This document shows, in pieces, positions 1-9,243 of a stretch of DNA of 64,000 bases. The notes below the pieces were generated by a model. The model searched no databases, was not told the origin of the DNA, and saw only the letters and a list, made by a program, of their open reading frames with translations. The number at the start of each line of letters is the position of its first letter. Positions within the stretch are counted from its first letter, which is position 1. A program made the position numbers and the translations under genes. Location: the NCBI GenBank assembly GCA_963657245.1, contig CAVKLJ010000003.1, positions 65,219-129,218 on the forward strand, read 5' to 3'. This stretch comes from Lachnospiraceae bacterium. Its GTDB lineage: Bacteria > Bacillota_I > Bacilli_A > RFN20 > CAG-826.

Positions 1-1
1 T

Positions 2-1777
2 CTTGCTGCTTGTGGAGAAGAGACAAACAGCAGTTCATCATCCTCGTCTTCGTCTTCTTCATCTAGCTCATCCGCTACTGAAGTCATCACTGAAGCTGAT
101 TTAGCAAAAGGAAAAACAACTTACACAAGCAGCGACGGATCCCAATTGAACTTAACCCGTTCGGGAATCTACAAAGCCTCTGGCGCCCCACATGTCAATT
201 CCCATCCAGACAATGGAGTTAAACAAAAATTGCTTGTTGCACCTATTTCCTTCAAATCAGACACGACAGACGAAAACTACATCGAGCCAACCGATGAGTT
301 ATTAACAAAGATTGATAAGACATTCACTGCAACAGATGACGAATTAAAGACTCTTTCCGGAGCTTCAATCACATCAGTTCAATCTTTCTATAACCAATCT
401 TCATTCGGCAAAGGCGCATTTGATGTTGTCGTTTTGCCATGCTGGATTGAATATGATGGCACAGCAAAAGAGTTCCAAAGTGCTTCTGGCGGACAAGCTG
501 GCGTTTCAATGTCCACTTACGTTCGTAGCTGGTATCTTGCCGAATATGAAAAAGCAGATCACGGTCAGTTAGGAAAAGACTGGGAATACACATGGTCCGA
601 TTTTGACACAGATGATGATGGCTATATTGATTTGATCTGGCAAGTCTATGCTTATAAATATTCATCAAATGACACTTCTTTCTGGTGGGCATATGTCACA
701 TATACGGGAAATCAAGCAAATCTTGCTAAGCCAAATATTATGACTCTTGCTTGGGCTTCAACCCAATTCATGAGCGATTACAATGGCTATGATCCACATA
801 CATTCATCCACGAAACTGGTCACACACTCGGTATCAACGACTTCTATGACTACACCAACACCTGGAAACCAATGGGTTCCATTGATTACATGGATCAAAA
901 CCTTGGCGATCACTCCGCTTATACGAAGTTCTGCTACGGATGGATTAACCCATACGTTCTCAAAGAAAGTGATTTAACAGGTGGCAAAACGGCCGAAATC
1001 ACCCTTCGTGCAGGAACAACTTCCGGCGACGCATTAGTCCTTGCCTCTCCTAACTACAACGGAACAGCATTTGACGAATATTTAATGGTCGAACTTATGG
1101 GTCCATATGGCCTTGCAGAACGTGATTATAAGTCTGGTTATTCCAGCACATCAGGATATACAGTTCCAGGCATTAGAATCACCCACGTTGATGCAAGAAT
1201 GTATCAAAACGACCATGATGCAGTCGTCACCGATCCAGATTCTCTCGGAGCAAACGGCGGAGATAACCGCACATGCAACACTTATGGTGGACGTATGGGC
1301 GTCAAATACGATTCTGATTTCTGGCCAAAAGAAAAAGAAAATAGCAGTATACCAACAAGCATCAGCAAAGATCATCCAAATGCAAAATTAGGATCAATTG
1401 GCACATTAAACGGTTCAAAGAATAGCAACGTCAACGCTTACTTCACAGAAGTTTCCTTAATGGAATCAACAATCAGTGATGAAAACTGGACAAACTCAGC
1501 TCACTACAACGCTTCAAGCAGCATAACCCTCTTTAAGAAGAATTCCCGTTTCTACCTCAAAGACACAAAAGGTAATGCTTCTGCATGGGCAAAGAGTTAT
1601 ATGCCAAGCGGTTCCAATCTCTGGAATAAGGCGAAAACAACCCTTGGTTGGAAAGGCAACGACGTCTATTATGAAATCGACGAGACTGCAACATGCAACT
1701 TCAGCATGAGAGTCACCGATATCACGACAGATGACACATACGGCGCAATTGCCAAACTCACAATTACGTTAAACTAA
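2..1777 (+). CDS. Surface lipoprotein with M6 (InhA-like) zinc metalloprotease domain; 5' end lies outside the window
   Basis: The reading frame is open from the window edge. Nt 2 onward reads LAAC-GEETN followed by a 16-residue Ser run, i.e. a lipobox Cys plus Ser linker. It carries the HEXXH motif FIHETGHTLGINDFYDY typical of M6 peptidases. The track ORF 146..1777 is only the TTG-initiated part. Confidence 0.75.
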   Translation, partial: LAACGEETNSSSSSSSSSSSSSSSATEVITEADLAKGKTTYTSSDGSQLNLTRSGIYKASGAPHVNSHPDNGVKQKLLVAPISFKSDTTDENYIEPTDELLTKIDKTFTATDDELKTLSGASITSVQSFYNQSSFGKGAFDVVVLPCWIEYDGTAKEFQSASGGQAGVSMSTYVRSWYLAEYEKADHGQLGKDWEYTWSDFDTDDDGYIDLIWQVYAYKYSSNDTSFWWAYVTYTGNQANLAKPNIMTLAWASTQFMSDYNGYDPHTFIHETGHTLGINDFYDYTNTWKPMGSIDYMDQNLGDHSAYTKFCYGWINPYVLKESDLTGGKTAEITLRAGTTSGDALVLASPNYNGTAFDEYLMVELMGPYGLAERDYKSGYSSTSGYTVPGIRITHVDARMYQNDHDAVVTDPDSLGANGGDNRTCNTYGGRMGVKYDSDFWPKEKENSSIPTSISKDHPNAKLGSIGTLNGSKNSNVNAYFTEVSLMESTISDENWTNSAHYNASSSITLFKKNSRFYLKDTKGNASAWAKSYMPSGSNLWNKAKTTLGWKGNDVYYEIDETATCNFSMRVTDITTDDTYGAIAKLTITLN

Positions 1778-1790
1778 CAGAATGGATAGA

Positions 1791-1820
1791 GCTGTTAAGG
1801 GAAATCCTTAGCAGCTTTTT
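1791..1820 (+). terminator. Rho-independent terminator after the metalloprotease gene
   Basis: GCTGTTAAGG-gaaat-CCTTAGCAGC stem (10 bp, one G.U pair) followed by TTTTT. Confidence 0.7.
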
Positions 1821-1939
1821 CATTTATGCTCATTTTTCAATTTAACAATCAATTTGATAATTCTATACCGGTAAAAATATACCTGTGTTAAACTTTCATA
1901 GTAATCGTCAACGACGATAAATATTAGAGAGGTAAAAGA

Positions 1940-3085
1940 ATGTCTTACAGATTCATGTTAAACGAGACTTCCTATCATGGACATGGCGCAATTGAAAACA
2001 TCGTCCCTGAAATTGAAGCAAGAGGATTTAAGAAAGCACTTGTCTGCTCCGATCCTGATTTAGTCAAATTCGGAGTTACAGCAAAAGTCACATCGTTATT
2101 AGATAAAGCTGGTGTCGCCTACACTTTATATGACAACATCAAACCAAATCCAACAATTGAAAACGTTACAAGCGGTGTTAAGGCTTGTAAAGAAGCGGGT
2201 GCTGATTTCATCATTGCTATCGGTGGAGGATCTAGCATGGATACCTCTAAGGCAATCGGTATCATCATGACAAACCCAGAATTTGAGGATGTCAGAAGCC
2301 TTGAAGGAGTTGCTCCAACAAAGAAACCATGCTTACCAATCATCGCTGTTTCCACAACCGCTGGCACAGCAGCTGAAGTTACAATCAACTACGTCATCAC
2401 TGATGTTGAAAGAAAGAGAAAATTCGTTTGTGTTGATGCTCACGATATGCCAATCATTGCCGTTGTTGACCCAGATATGATGTCCTCAATGCCAAAAGGC
2501 TTAACTGCCGCTACAGGCATGGATGCCCTTACCCACGCTATCGAAGGCTATATCACTCGTGGCGCTTGGACAATGTCCGATATGTTCCACATCAAAGCCA
2601 TCGAAATTATTGGCAAGAGCCTTAGAGATGCCGTTAAAAACACCCCAGAAGGCCGTGAAGGAATGGCTTTAGGACAATATATCGCCGGTATGGGTTTCTC
2701 CAATGTCGGTTTAGGTATTGACCACGCTATGGCACATACATTATCTGCATATTACGATGTCCCACACGGCGTTGCATGTGCTATGCTTCTTCCAATCGCC
2801 ATGGAATTCAATGCTGATGTCACTGGCACTAAATACAAAGATATTGCCATTGCTTTAGGTGTTAAAGGCGTAGAAGAAATGAGCCAAGAAGAATATCGCG
2901 CTGCAGCAATTAACGCCGTTAAACAACTCTCTGTCGATGTTGGCATCCCAACAAAATGCGAGAAAATCGTTGCAAGTGATTTAGATTCCCTTGCCACAGA
3001 TGCCCTTCATGATGCATGCTACCCAGGCAATCCAAAGGAAGCAACCCACGAAGAAGTCGTCGCTCTCTTTAAGAAATTAATGTAA
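1940..3085 (+). CDS. fucO: Lactaldehyde reductase / 1,2-propanediol oxidoreductase (group III Fe-dependent alcohol dehydrogenase)
   Basis: 381 aa, colinear with E. coli FucO as I recall it. Shared blocks include RFMLNETSYHGHGAI, GGGSSMDTSKAIG, TTAGTAAEVTINYVITD..KRKFVCVD, THAIEGYITRGAW and GNPKEAT. RBS GAGAGGTAAAAGA precedes the ATG. Confidence 0.85.
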   Translation: MSYRFMLNETSYHGHGAIENIVPEIEARGFKKALVCSDPDLVKFGVTAKVTSLLDKAGVAYTLYDNIKPNPTIENVTSGVKACKEAGADFIIAIGGGSSMDTSKAIGIIMTNPEFEDVRSLEGVAPTKKPCLPIIAVSTTAGTAAEVTINYVITDVERKRKFVCVDAHDMPIIAVVDPDMMSSMPKGLTAATGMDALTHAIEGYITRGAWTMSDMFHIKAIEIIGKSLRDAVKNTPEGREGMALGQYIAGMGFSNVGLGIDHAMAHTLSAYYDVPHGVACAMLLPIAMEFNADVTGTKYKDIAIALGVKGVEEMSQEEYRAAAINAVKQLSVDVGIPTKCEKIVASDLDSLATDALHDACYPGNPKEATHEEVVALFKKLM

Positions 3086-3093
3086 GCATTAGA

Positions 3094-3124
3094 AAAGGCT
3101 CCAGAGTTTGTTCTGGAGCTTTTC
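3094..3124. terminator. Bidirectional terminator between convergent fucO and the PIN-like gene
   Basis: GCTCCAGA-gtttgt-TCTGGAGC hairpin, flanked by an A-run upstream and a T-run downstream. Confidence 0.75.
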
Positions 3125-3126
3125 AT

Positions 3127-4674
3127 TTACTTTGATTTTGCTTTTTCAAGCCTCTCTAAGTCTGAGAGTTTCAATTGGAAAGATTTAAGATCTTTGGCAT
3201 CAAGTTTCTTTAATCTTTCTTTTTGTTTCTTGATTTCTAGAAGGGATTTCTCTTTTGGATAATTAGGGTTATTCAAGTTCGCGTTAAGGATACGGTCTGC
3301 AGCAATTGCTTCATCGAGTAAGCTGTTATTTTTAATTATTGCAACTTTTTCCTCTTTACGGACAGGTTTCTTCTTTGGTTCCCCTACCACAAGGATAATT
3401 CCTTCAGGTATGGCACTAGAAGATCCACCAGAGGTTACGCCTTTAACCTTGACGACTTTGATCTTTTTCTTCGAAAGAGATTCATCGATCAAAGGCTTTT
3501 CCTTCCCTTTTATTGGCGTTGCTTTTTTCTCTTTTGGAGATGTTGATGGTTTCTTGCTCTTTGTCTCCTTTGAAGAATTCCTAGAACAAGAGACTGAATA
3601 TTCATTTCCTTTGATGAAGGAATAAACGATTCCTCCTTTGGAATAGGTGAAATCACCTTTCTTTGAAGAGAGAAGATCAACATTCACCAAATCTTCCATC
3701 GTAAGGTTTAACTCACCATGGACCTCAGGAACGTAAGGAACGCTGTTATCTCTAACAATCGAATGATAATTCAAAGCAAGACGTTTTAAGGCCTCGCTTG
3801 CCTTCTTTCCTTTGGTGATGATTGTTTGAGGCTGGATTTCTGGTGTTTCCTTCTTATTCTCTTTTGCAGGCTTCTTAGAGCTTAGAAGTTCTGCCTTTTT
3901 CTTAAGAAGGTCTTCTTTTTGGAAATGAAGCTTTAAGTTTGTTAAGGATTCTTTTCCAATCTTGTTGATACGAAGAATCTGATCATCGATATCTCTGATT
4001 TTGTTTTTGAGTTTGTATTTTTGATCCAAAAGACTCTTAGCTAATTTCGAATCTTCTTGAATCAAAGTTCTTTGCGCCTTGGTTAGAGGCGTGACTTTGT
4101 TGTCTTTTTCTACCTTCTGAAAAGACGAAGCGTCATGTTTCTTGTTAAAAGGCTTTTCGCTATTTTCGCCAGGATTCTTTTCTAATTCTGATTGTTGATT
4201 CAAGCGATATACACTTAGATATCTCCCTTTTTGTGAATCAAGCTTATTCAATTTCAATAAATCCGTTGTTAAGGTTTTATCTTGGGTGATAACAAGGATT
4301 TTGTTATGAATCCGTAAGCTAGAAACTTTTGTGAATATGGCGTTATCCGCGAAGGAATCGCCATCACATTTAGTAATTGTTAATGTCTTAGAACGCCACT
4401 TATCGTGTTTGATTATCTTTAAAGCTCTTGTCGCGGCAATCTTACTACTGATACGTTCTTTGTCTTTTTCTTTTGAATGTTTCTTTAATTCTTCTAAACA
4501 TTCGCCAAGAACAATTACTTGTAGTTCATCTCTCCAATATTCTTTTGAGGATGTTAAGTGATCCATGAATAATGGGAATGAGTCTTCCATCAAGGAACAT
4601 GTGTCCACGAACACATAGTCGTAATCATTTAAGAATTTCGCTAAGTTCGAGGATTTTAATTCCTCTTGATACAT
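3127..4674 (-). CDS. PIN-like nuclease domain protein with a long Lys/Ser-rich, coiled-coil-like C-terminal region
   Basis: 515 aa. The N-terminal ~150 aa has spaced acidic residues in PIN-like contexts: FVDTCS, LGECLEEL, SFADNAI and VITQDKT. The remainder is low-complexity K/E/S-rich. I recognised no other family. Confidence 0.45.
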   Translation of the reverse strand: MYQEELKSSNLAKFLNDYDYVFVDTCSLMEDSFPLFMDHLTSSKEYWRDELQVIVLGECLEELKKHSKEKDKERISSKIAATRALKIIKHDKWRSKTLTITKCDGDSFADNAIFTKVSSLRIHNKILVITQDKTLTTDLLKLNKLDSQKGRYLSVYRLNQQSELEKNPGENSEKPFNKKHDASSFQKVEKDNKVTPLTKAQRTLIQEDSKLAKSLLDQKYKLKNKIRDIDDQILRINKIGKESLTNLKLHFQKEDLLKKKAELLSSKKPAKENKKETPEIQPQTIITKGKKASEALKRLALNYHSIVRDNSVPYVPEVHGELNLTMEDLVNVDLLSSKKGDFTYSKGGIVYSFIKGNEYSVSCSRNSSKETKSKKPSTSPKEKKATPIKGKEKPLIDESLSKKKIKVVKVKGVTSGGSSSAIPEGIILVVGEPKKKPVRKEEKVAIIKNNSLLDEAIAADRILNANLNNPNYPKEKSLLEIKKQKERLKKLDAKDLKSFQLKLSDLERLEKAKSK

Positions 4675-4804
4675 ATTTGTTGGTTATTTTTTCCTCCTTT
4701 ACGACTTATTTTAACTTAGAAATCAGGATTTGCAAAAAACAATTAGCAAGATATTTCCTTTTGCAGTAAGCGGGGAGAAAATCAAAAACTCGAATAGAGG
4801 AAAT

Positions 4805-4901
4805 CATCTTATGTCCAGTTACACTTGTTTCTTATGTCCTACTTATGTCATCATGCGGACATAAGATGAAAAAACATCGATAATTACTAATGTTTATCTT
4901 A
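4805..4901. repeat. 97-bp module, copy A of two, containing CTTATGTC words; lies upstream of the PIN-like gene and downstream of the AlbA_2 gene
   Basis: Near-identical to 6368..6465: a 63-nt perfect block, then a 1-nt indel plus 1 mismatch, then a 26-nt perfect block. CTTATGTC occurs at 4808, 4831 and 4842, with inverted GACATAAG at 4858. Confidence 0.9.
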
Positions 4902-4927
4902 ATCGCTTTAAGCTATAAACATCAAAT

Positions 4928-6316
4928 CTATTTCTTTGTGATGTATTTTTGATTCTTTGAATGTTTCTTTGCTGTTGTTAGCAACAATCCTGAATCAAGC
5001 AAGGGTTTTAAGACTCTCTTTGAAAAGTTGCTAGTGCTCGAATAGCCGATATAATTTTGGATTTCTTCTCTGCTTCTTGCGACCCCATCGCAAAAACTTA
5101 AAATCTTTGTATCGTAGTTATCAACGGTTTTTAGAACCGCTTCTTCGGTATTCAGCAAATCGTAGAGAGTTATCATGAAAAAATCTGAAGTATTGTACAA
5201 AGTAGGCTCTTTGGCGTTTAAGTTCTCATAAATGTTATATATCTTTCTCATTCCACTGCCACTTTTTTCCATCAAACCTATGACACTAAAACAATTGCAT
5301 ATTACCTTGTTTCTTCTAACGGACGGAATAGAATCAAATTTATATTCATCTGGTTCCTTGTCTAGAAGCCAAGAGCCAGGAGAGCGAATTTCTAACCTGT
5401 CTTTATAAATATCGACATCTATTTGAGTTCCATATATCGAATAATCTCTATGAGCCAAAGCATTAACGACGCTTTCTCTTAAAGCTTTTTCTGGATATGA
5501 ATATGTATCTAATCTCGATCCATCATCCATCTTGATAAAACCGCTACGAGAATTACGTTTTATAAAGGCCATTATGTTCTCGAAAACTTCGCCTAAGCAT
5601 CCTTTAAATTCTTTCTTATCGATTGCTTCATCAACCCCACGGTTAAATCCGTTCCACAATCTGCAAACAGCCAAAGTATCATCTGAATTGTAATTATCAG
5701 CAAACATCCCTAAGCCTTCTGTAATTCTTCCGTCCTGGCTTATTATTTCCTCATTTATCAACATTTTGATAGATGGTTCTTGATTGTCTATACGATACAT
5801 GCGTGCTAGTTTGTTAAATGAAATAAAGTTCTTCTTTTCGTATTGCTCGTTTAAAATTTGGCCATCTATGCCGTATTTTCTCTTGCTCATTTTTAAAATT
5901 TGATTAATACTTGCCGGCAACGTGGCTCCGTTTTCTCTTATGTATACTTTCTCGTTAAAATCCCCGGCTTTATAAATGACCATTTCATTCAAATAATCAA
6001 CAAAAACGGATAATACATTATTGCCATTGTGGCATTTGATTAGGTCAAACTTGACAGTAACGTGTGGAAAAATATATCTATTTATAGTTAACAAGATTAG
6101 ATTCTTTGTTTGGTCGATTTCTTTGTTGTTTAAGCCTTTGGCATACCCATCATTTGTAACGCCAACAAGCAAATATCCACCTGACGTATTTGCAAACCCG
6201 ACAATTGTTTTTGCCCATCTTTCTATTTTTTCTTTATCATCATCCAATGCTAGTTTGAATTCATAATTTTGGTTCTCTAAATCATCTGCCGGAATTAGTT
6301 CACTTATTTTTTCCAT
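4928..6316 (-). CDS. AlbA_2 (Schlafen-like) plus HATPase_c_4 putative DNA-binding ATPase/transcriptional regulator, paralog 1 of 3
   Basis: 462 aa. N-terminal motifs are ENQNYEFK and GFANTSGGYLLVGV. The central motif is ESVVNALAHRDYSIYGTQIDVDIYKDRLEIRSPG. The C-terminal part is wHTH-like. Paralogous to 23878..25329 and 27357..28799. Confidence 0.75.
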   Translation of the reverse strand: MEKISELIPADDLENQNYEFKLALDDDKEKIERWAKTIVGFANTSGGYLLVGVTNDGYAKGLNNKEIDQTKNLILLTINRYIFPHVTVKFDLIKCHNGNNVLSVFVDYLNEMVIYKAGDFNEKVYIRENGATLPASINQILKMSKRKYGIDGQILNEQYEKKNFISFNKLARMYRIDNQEPSIKMLINEEIISQDGRITEGLGMFADNYNSDDTLAVCRLWNGFNRGVDEAIDKKEFKGCLGEVFENIMAFIKRNSRSGFIKMDDGSRLDTYSYPEKALRESVVNALAHRDYSIYGTQIDVDIYKDRLEIRSPGSWLLDKEPDEYKFDSIPSVRRNKVICNCFSVIGLMEKSGSGMRKIYNIYENLNAKEPTLYNTSDFFMITLYDLLNTEEAVLKTVDNYDTKILSFCDGVARSREEIQNYIGYSSTSNFSKRVLKPLLDSGLLLTTAKKHSKNQKYITKK

Positions 6317-6367
6317 ATATTTTTCCTTCCTCTATGTTATTCTACTTACTTAATTTCAAAACATCAA

Positions 6368-6465
6368 CATCTTATGTCCAGTTACACTTGTTTCTTATGT
6401 CCTACTTATGTCATCATGCGGACATAAGATAAAGAAAACATCGATAATTACTAATGTTTATCTTA
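6368..6465. repeat. 98-bp module, copy B, immediately upstream of AlbA_2 paralog 1
   Basis: See 4805..4901. CTTATGTC occurs at 6371, 6394, 6405 and 6462, with inverted GACATAAG at 6421. CTTATGTC-atcatgcg-GACATAAG forms an 8-bp inverted repeat. Confidence 0.9.
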
Positions 6466-6588
6466 TGTCATCTTGTTAAAACACGTTAATCACACATGGT
6501 GAACAATGGGCACTCTCTTATAATCGCAAACAATGAAAATGACTATCTATTTCTTTTTTTGGAGACAAACGTTTAAAATATCTTAACG

Positions 6589-7218
6589 ATGAAAGATGTT
6601 GCTAAAAACGTTTCACATAATTTATCAACTCTAAGAAAAGCTAGAGGTCTAACACAAGGACAATTAGCAGAAAAGTTTTCTTATTCAGATAAATCGATCT
6701 CTAAATGGGAAACTGGCGATGGTTTGCCAGATATAAGCGTTTTAGCTGAATTGGCAGAATTTTATGGTGTCACATTAGATTATCTAATTAGTGAGCAAAC
6801 CGATGAAACATTGAAAAAAGACGGTAAAAATGACCCAAAAATCATAAAGAGAAACAAAATAATCGTCGTTGCTTTAGGCGTTGTCTTTATCTGGACTATT
6901 GCCGCGGTAATATTTGCCGCACTTATGCTAGCAAACATTCAATCTTGGAATCCTTGGCTAATCTTCCTTTGGGCAATACCTGCTTCATTCTTGGTTTTAA
7001 CGTATTTTGCCAAAAAATGGAATCGGAGATTTGATCTTCTAATTCACGTTCTTTGTTTCTTCTGGAGCACGGCCTTAGCAAGTTATATAGAACTTGGAAT
7101 GGATACAAATATTGGTTGGGGGCTATGGTTTATCTGGTTAACTCCAATACCTGCGACAATTGGTGCAATCTTCCTATATAGATACATTGCAGGAAAAGAC
7201 GATACGATTTTCTTCTAA
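6589..7218 (+). CDS. Membrane-anchored XRE-family HTH regulator
   Basis: The N-terminus LRKARGLTQGQLAEKFSYSDKSISKWETG...LAEFYGVTLDYLI matches HTH_3. It is followed by about four hydrophobic helices. Confidence 0.75.
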   Translation: MKDVAKNVSHNLSTLRKARGLTQGQLAEKFSYSDKSISKWETGDGLPDISVLAELAEFYGVTLDYLISEQTDETLKKDGKNDPKIIKRNKIIVVALGVVFIWTIAAVIFAALMLANIQSWNPWLIFLWAIPASFLVLTYFAKKWNRRFDLLIHVLCFFWSTALASYIELGMDTNIGWGLWFIWLTPIPATIGAIFLYRYIAGKDDTIFF

Positions 7219-7233
7219 TCATCTTTTATAAGC

Positions 7234-7265
7234 CGCTTTCCTTGTAAGAAAGCGTTTATTTTTTT
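7234..7265 (+). terminator. Rho-independent terminator
   Basis: CGCTTTC-cttgtaa-GAAAGCG stem followed by TTTATTTTTTT. Confidence 0.7.
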
Positions 7266-7297
7266 ACAATATCAAATAGTCAAAAGGAAGAAGATTT

Positions 7298-7972
7298 ATG
7301 GATGAAATTCGCGTTATAAAAGTAAAGCAAAGTGTATTTGCAAACAATAATTCCCGTGCTGAGGAAGTCAAAAAGAAACTCAAGGAAAAGAACGTCTATC
7401 TTGTTAACCTTATGTCCTCGCCAGGATCAGGAAAGACAACGTTCCTTGTTAATTTAATCAATCGTTTGAAGAATGATTTACGTATTGGTGTTATCGAAGC
7501 GGATATGGATGCCGTGGTCGATGCAGAGACAATCTCAAAAAACACTGGAGTTAAATCAATCCAAATTCACACCTCTGGCGAATGCCATCTTGATGCAAAA
7601 ATGGTTGATGATGCCCTCACTGGCTTTGGAATTGAAGATTTAGACTTAGTTTTCCTTGAGAATATCGGAAATCTTGTTTGCCCAGCCGAATTTAACACTG
7701 GAGCCACATCTTCTTTTGAACTCTTATCTATCCCCGAAGGAGATGACAAACCTCTTAAATACCCATTGATGTTCACGGTCGCAGATGTCGTCATCTTCAC
7801 AAAGCTTGATGCAATATCAGTATTTGATTTTGACATTCAAAAAGCCGAAGAACATATCCTAAAACTCAACCCAAATTCCAAATTCTTCCCTGTTTCTGCT
7901 AAAACTGGCGAAGGTATGGATAAGATTGCTGAATATCTTTTAAAGCAAGTCAAAGAGTACCAAGCTAAATAA
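7298..7972 (+). CDS. hypB: Nickel-incorporation GTPase HypB
   Basis: 224 aa. P-loop SSPGSGKTTF, the ENIGNLVCPAEF motif and TKLD are all characteristic of HypB/UreG-type G3E GTPases. Confidence 0.85.
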   Translation: MDEIRVIKVKQSVFANNNSRAEEVKKKLKEKNVYLVNLMSSPGSGKTTFLVNLINRLKNDLRIGVIEADMDAVVDAETISKNTGVKSIQIHTSGECHLDAKMVDDALTGFGIEDLDLVFLENIGNLVCPAEFNTGATSSFELLSIPEGDDKPLKYPLMFTVADVVIFTKLDAISVFDFDIQKAEEHILKLNPNSKFFPVSAKTGEGMDKIAEYLLKQVKEYQAK

Positions 7973-7973
7973 T

Positions 7974-8318
7974 ATGCACGAAATGAGTTATGTTTTGATG
8001 AGCATTGAGGAGCTCAATAACGTCATCAAAGAAAACAACGTCAAAGAGCTTATATCGGTAACCTTAGATATCGGAGAGTCTTCTGGCGTTGAAGAAAGCT
8101 ATTTCCGAGTTTGCTGGGATGCGGCAATAAAAGACACACCTTTAAAAAATACGAGGCTCAAAGTAAACATGTTGCCTTCCGAAGGAAGATGTTTATCTTG
8201 TGGAACAATCTTTAATCTCAAAGATAATAATTACACTTGCCCTAGTTGCAAGAGCAACAATGCGTATACGCCAATAAATGGTAAAGACATCGAAATAGTC
8301 GAAATAGAAGCGATATAA
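7974..8318 (+). CDS. hypA: Nickel metallochaperone HypA
   Basis: 114 aa. It has the MHEMS N-terminus and two CxxC pairs (CLSCG and CPSC), and starts 1 nt after the hypB stop. Confidence 0.8.
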   Translation: MHEMSYVLMSIEELNNVIKENNVKELISVTLDIGESSGVEESYFRVCWDAAIKDTPLKNTRLKVNMLPSEGRCLSCGTIFNLKDNNYTCPSCKSNNAYTPINGKDIEIVEIEAI

Positions 8319-8477
8319 AAGCCTTAAACCCATCAAACCTCAAGTCTAATCTTCATATTTTCGTTCTAAGTTTGATTTAACATAAATGAAATCGATTATT
8401 TAAAAACGAATGTCTTATCAATTATTTGGTTATTTTGCTCCAGTAACTTGCCTATAATTACAGTTAGTGGAGCAAAT

Positions 8478-9076
8478 ATGATAAGTACAACAAAAATATT
8501 GTTAGAAAAATACAACGCATTTGGCGATCCATTTAAACAAATAAAAAGGTTGGTTTCAAATGGCGAACTAACACCAATCATTAAAGGCCTATATGAAACA
8601 AATCGTAATGTTGATGGATATCTTTTGGCTGGAGCAATTATGGCCCATCATACCTATCGTTCGACTTTGCTCTATCCTATTACGGCTTAATCCCCTAAAG
8701 AGTTTATACATACACGTCCGCTACATGTTTAAAAAGAAAGTCTAAAGAATATATAACCAAATTCGGTAACTTTACATACCAAGACATTCCTTCTTCTGCA
8801 TTTTCATTGGGGGTTAAAATCAAAGAAGAAGACGGGTACACATATCTCATCGCAACACCAGAAAAGGCTTTATGTGACAAGTTATATTCGCTTAAGCCTG
8901 TTTCTAATCAACAAGAGCTAAAAACATTGTTGTTTGATGATTTGAGAATAGACGAAATTGAATTTAACAAATTAAATATCGAAGATATACGCATTTTAAC
9001 TGAGACTTATGGCTCAAAAAACATATCTCTTTTATACAAAATCATGAGGAAAAATCGAAAACAAAATTTGAAATAG
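8478..9076 (+). pseudogene. Decayed type IV TA antitoxin AbiEi-family gene
   Basis: Track ORFs 8448..8690 and 8807..9076 are the two halves of one AbiEi-like protein (...GELTPIIKGLYETN..., ...GVKIKEEDGYTYLIATPEKALCDKLY). A +1 shift near 8640 restores GPSYLSFDFALSYYGLIP. An in-frame TAA then sits where family members have Glu (IP*RVYTYTS). Confidence 0.7.
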
Positions 9077-9243
9077 ATGCAAATCCGCCACCATATGCGA
9101 CATTCGATTCTAAATACAGCTTAACCCCTACGCCATACGCATGCAGCTTATATGATATAAATTATTTTTGCCGAAAAAATAGCCTTGGTCTTATACCGTA
9201 ATTTGAAAGCAAGACTAAAACAATCGAAGTTTATAAACGATAA

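Noticed and set aside
4805-6465. The 97-bp direct repeats considered as ends of an IS element or MITE.
   Set aside because: The repeats are direct, not inverted. No transposase is enclosed and no target-site duplication is evident. Cassette duplication remains possible and is kept as an alternative in the findings.
9077-9243. A possible AbiEii toxin remnant downstream of the decayed AbiEi gene.
   Set aside because: None of the six frames gave a recognisable nucleotidyltransferase motif by eye. It is left unannotated.
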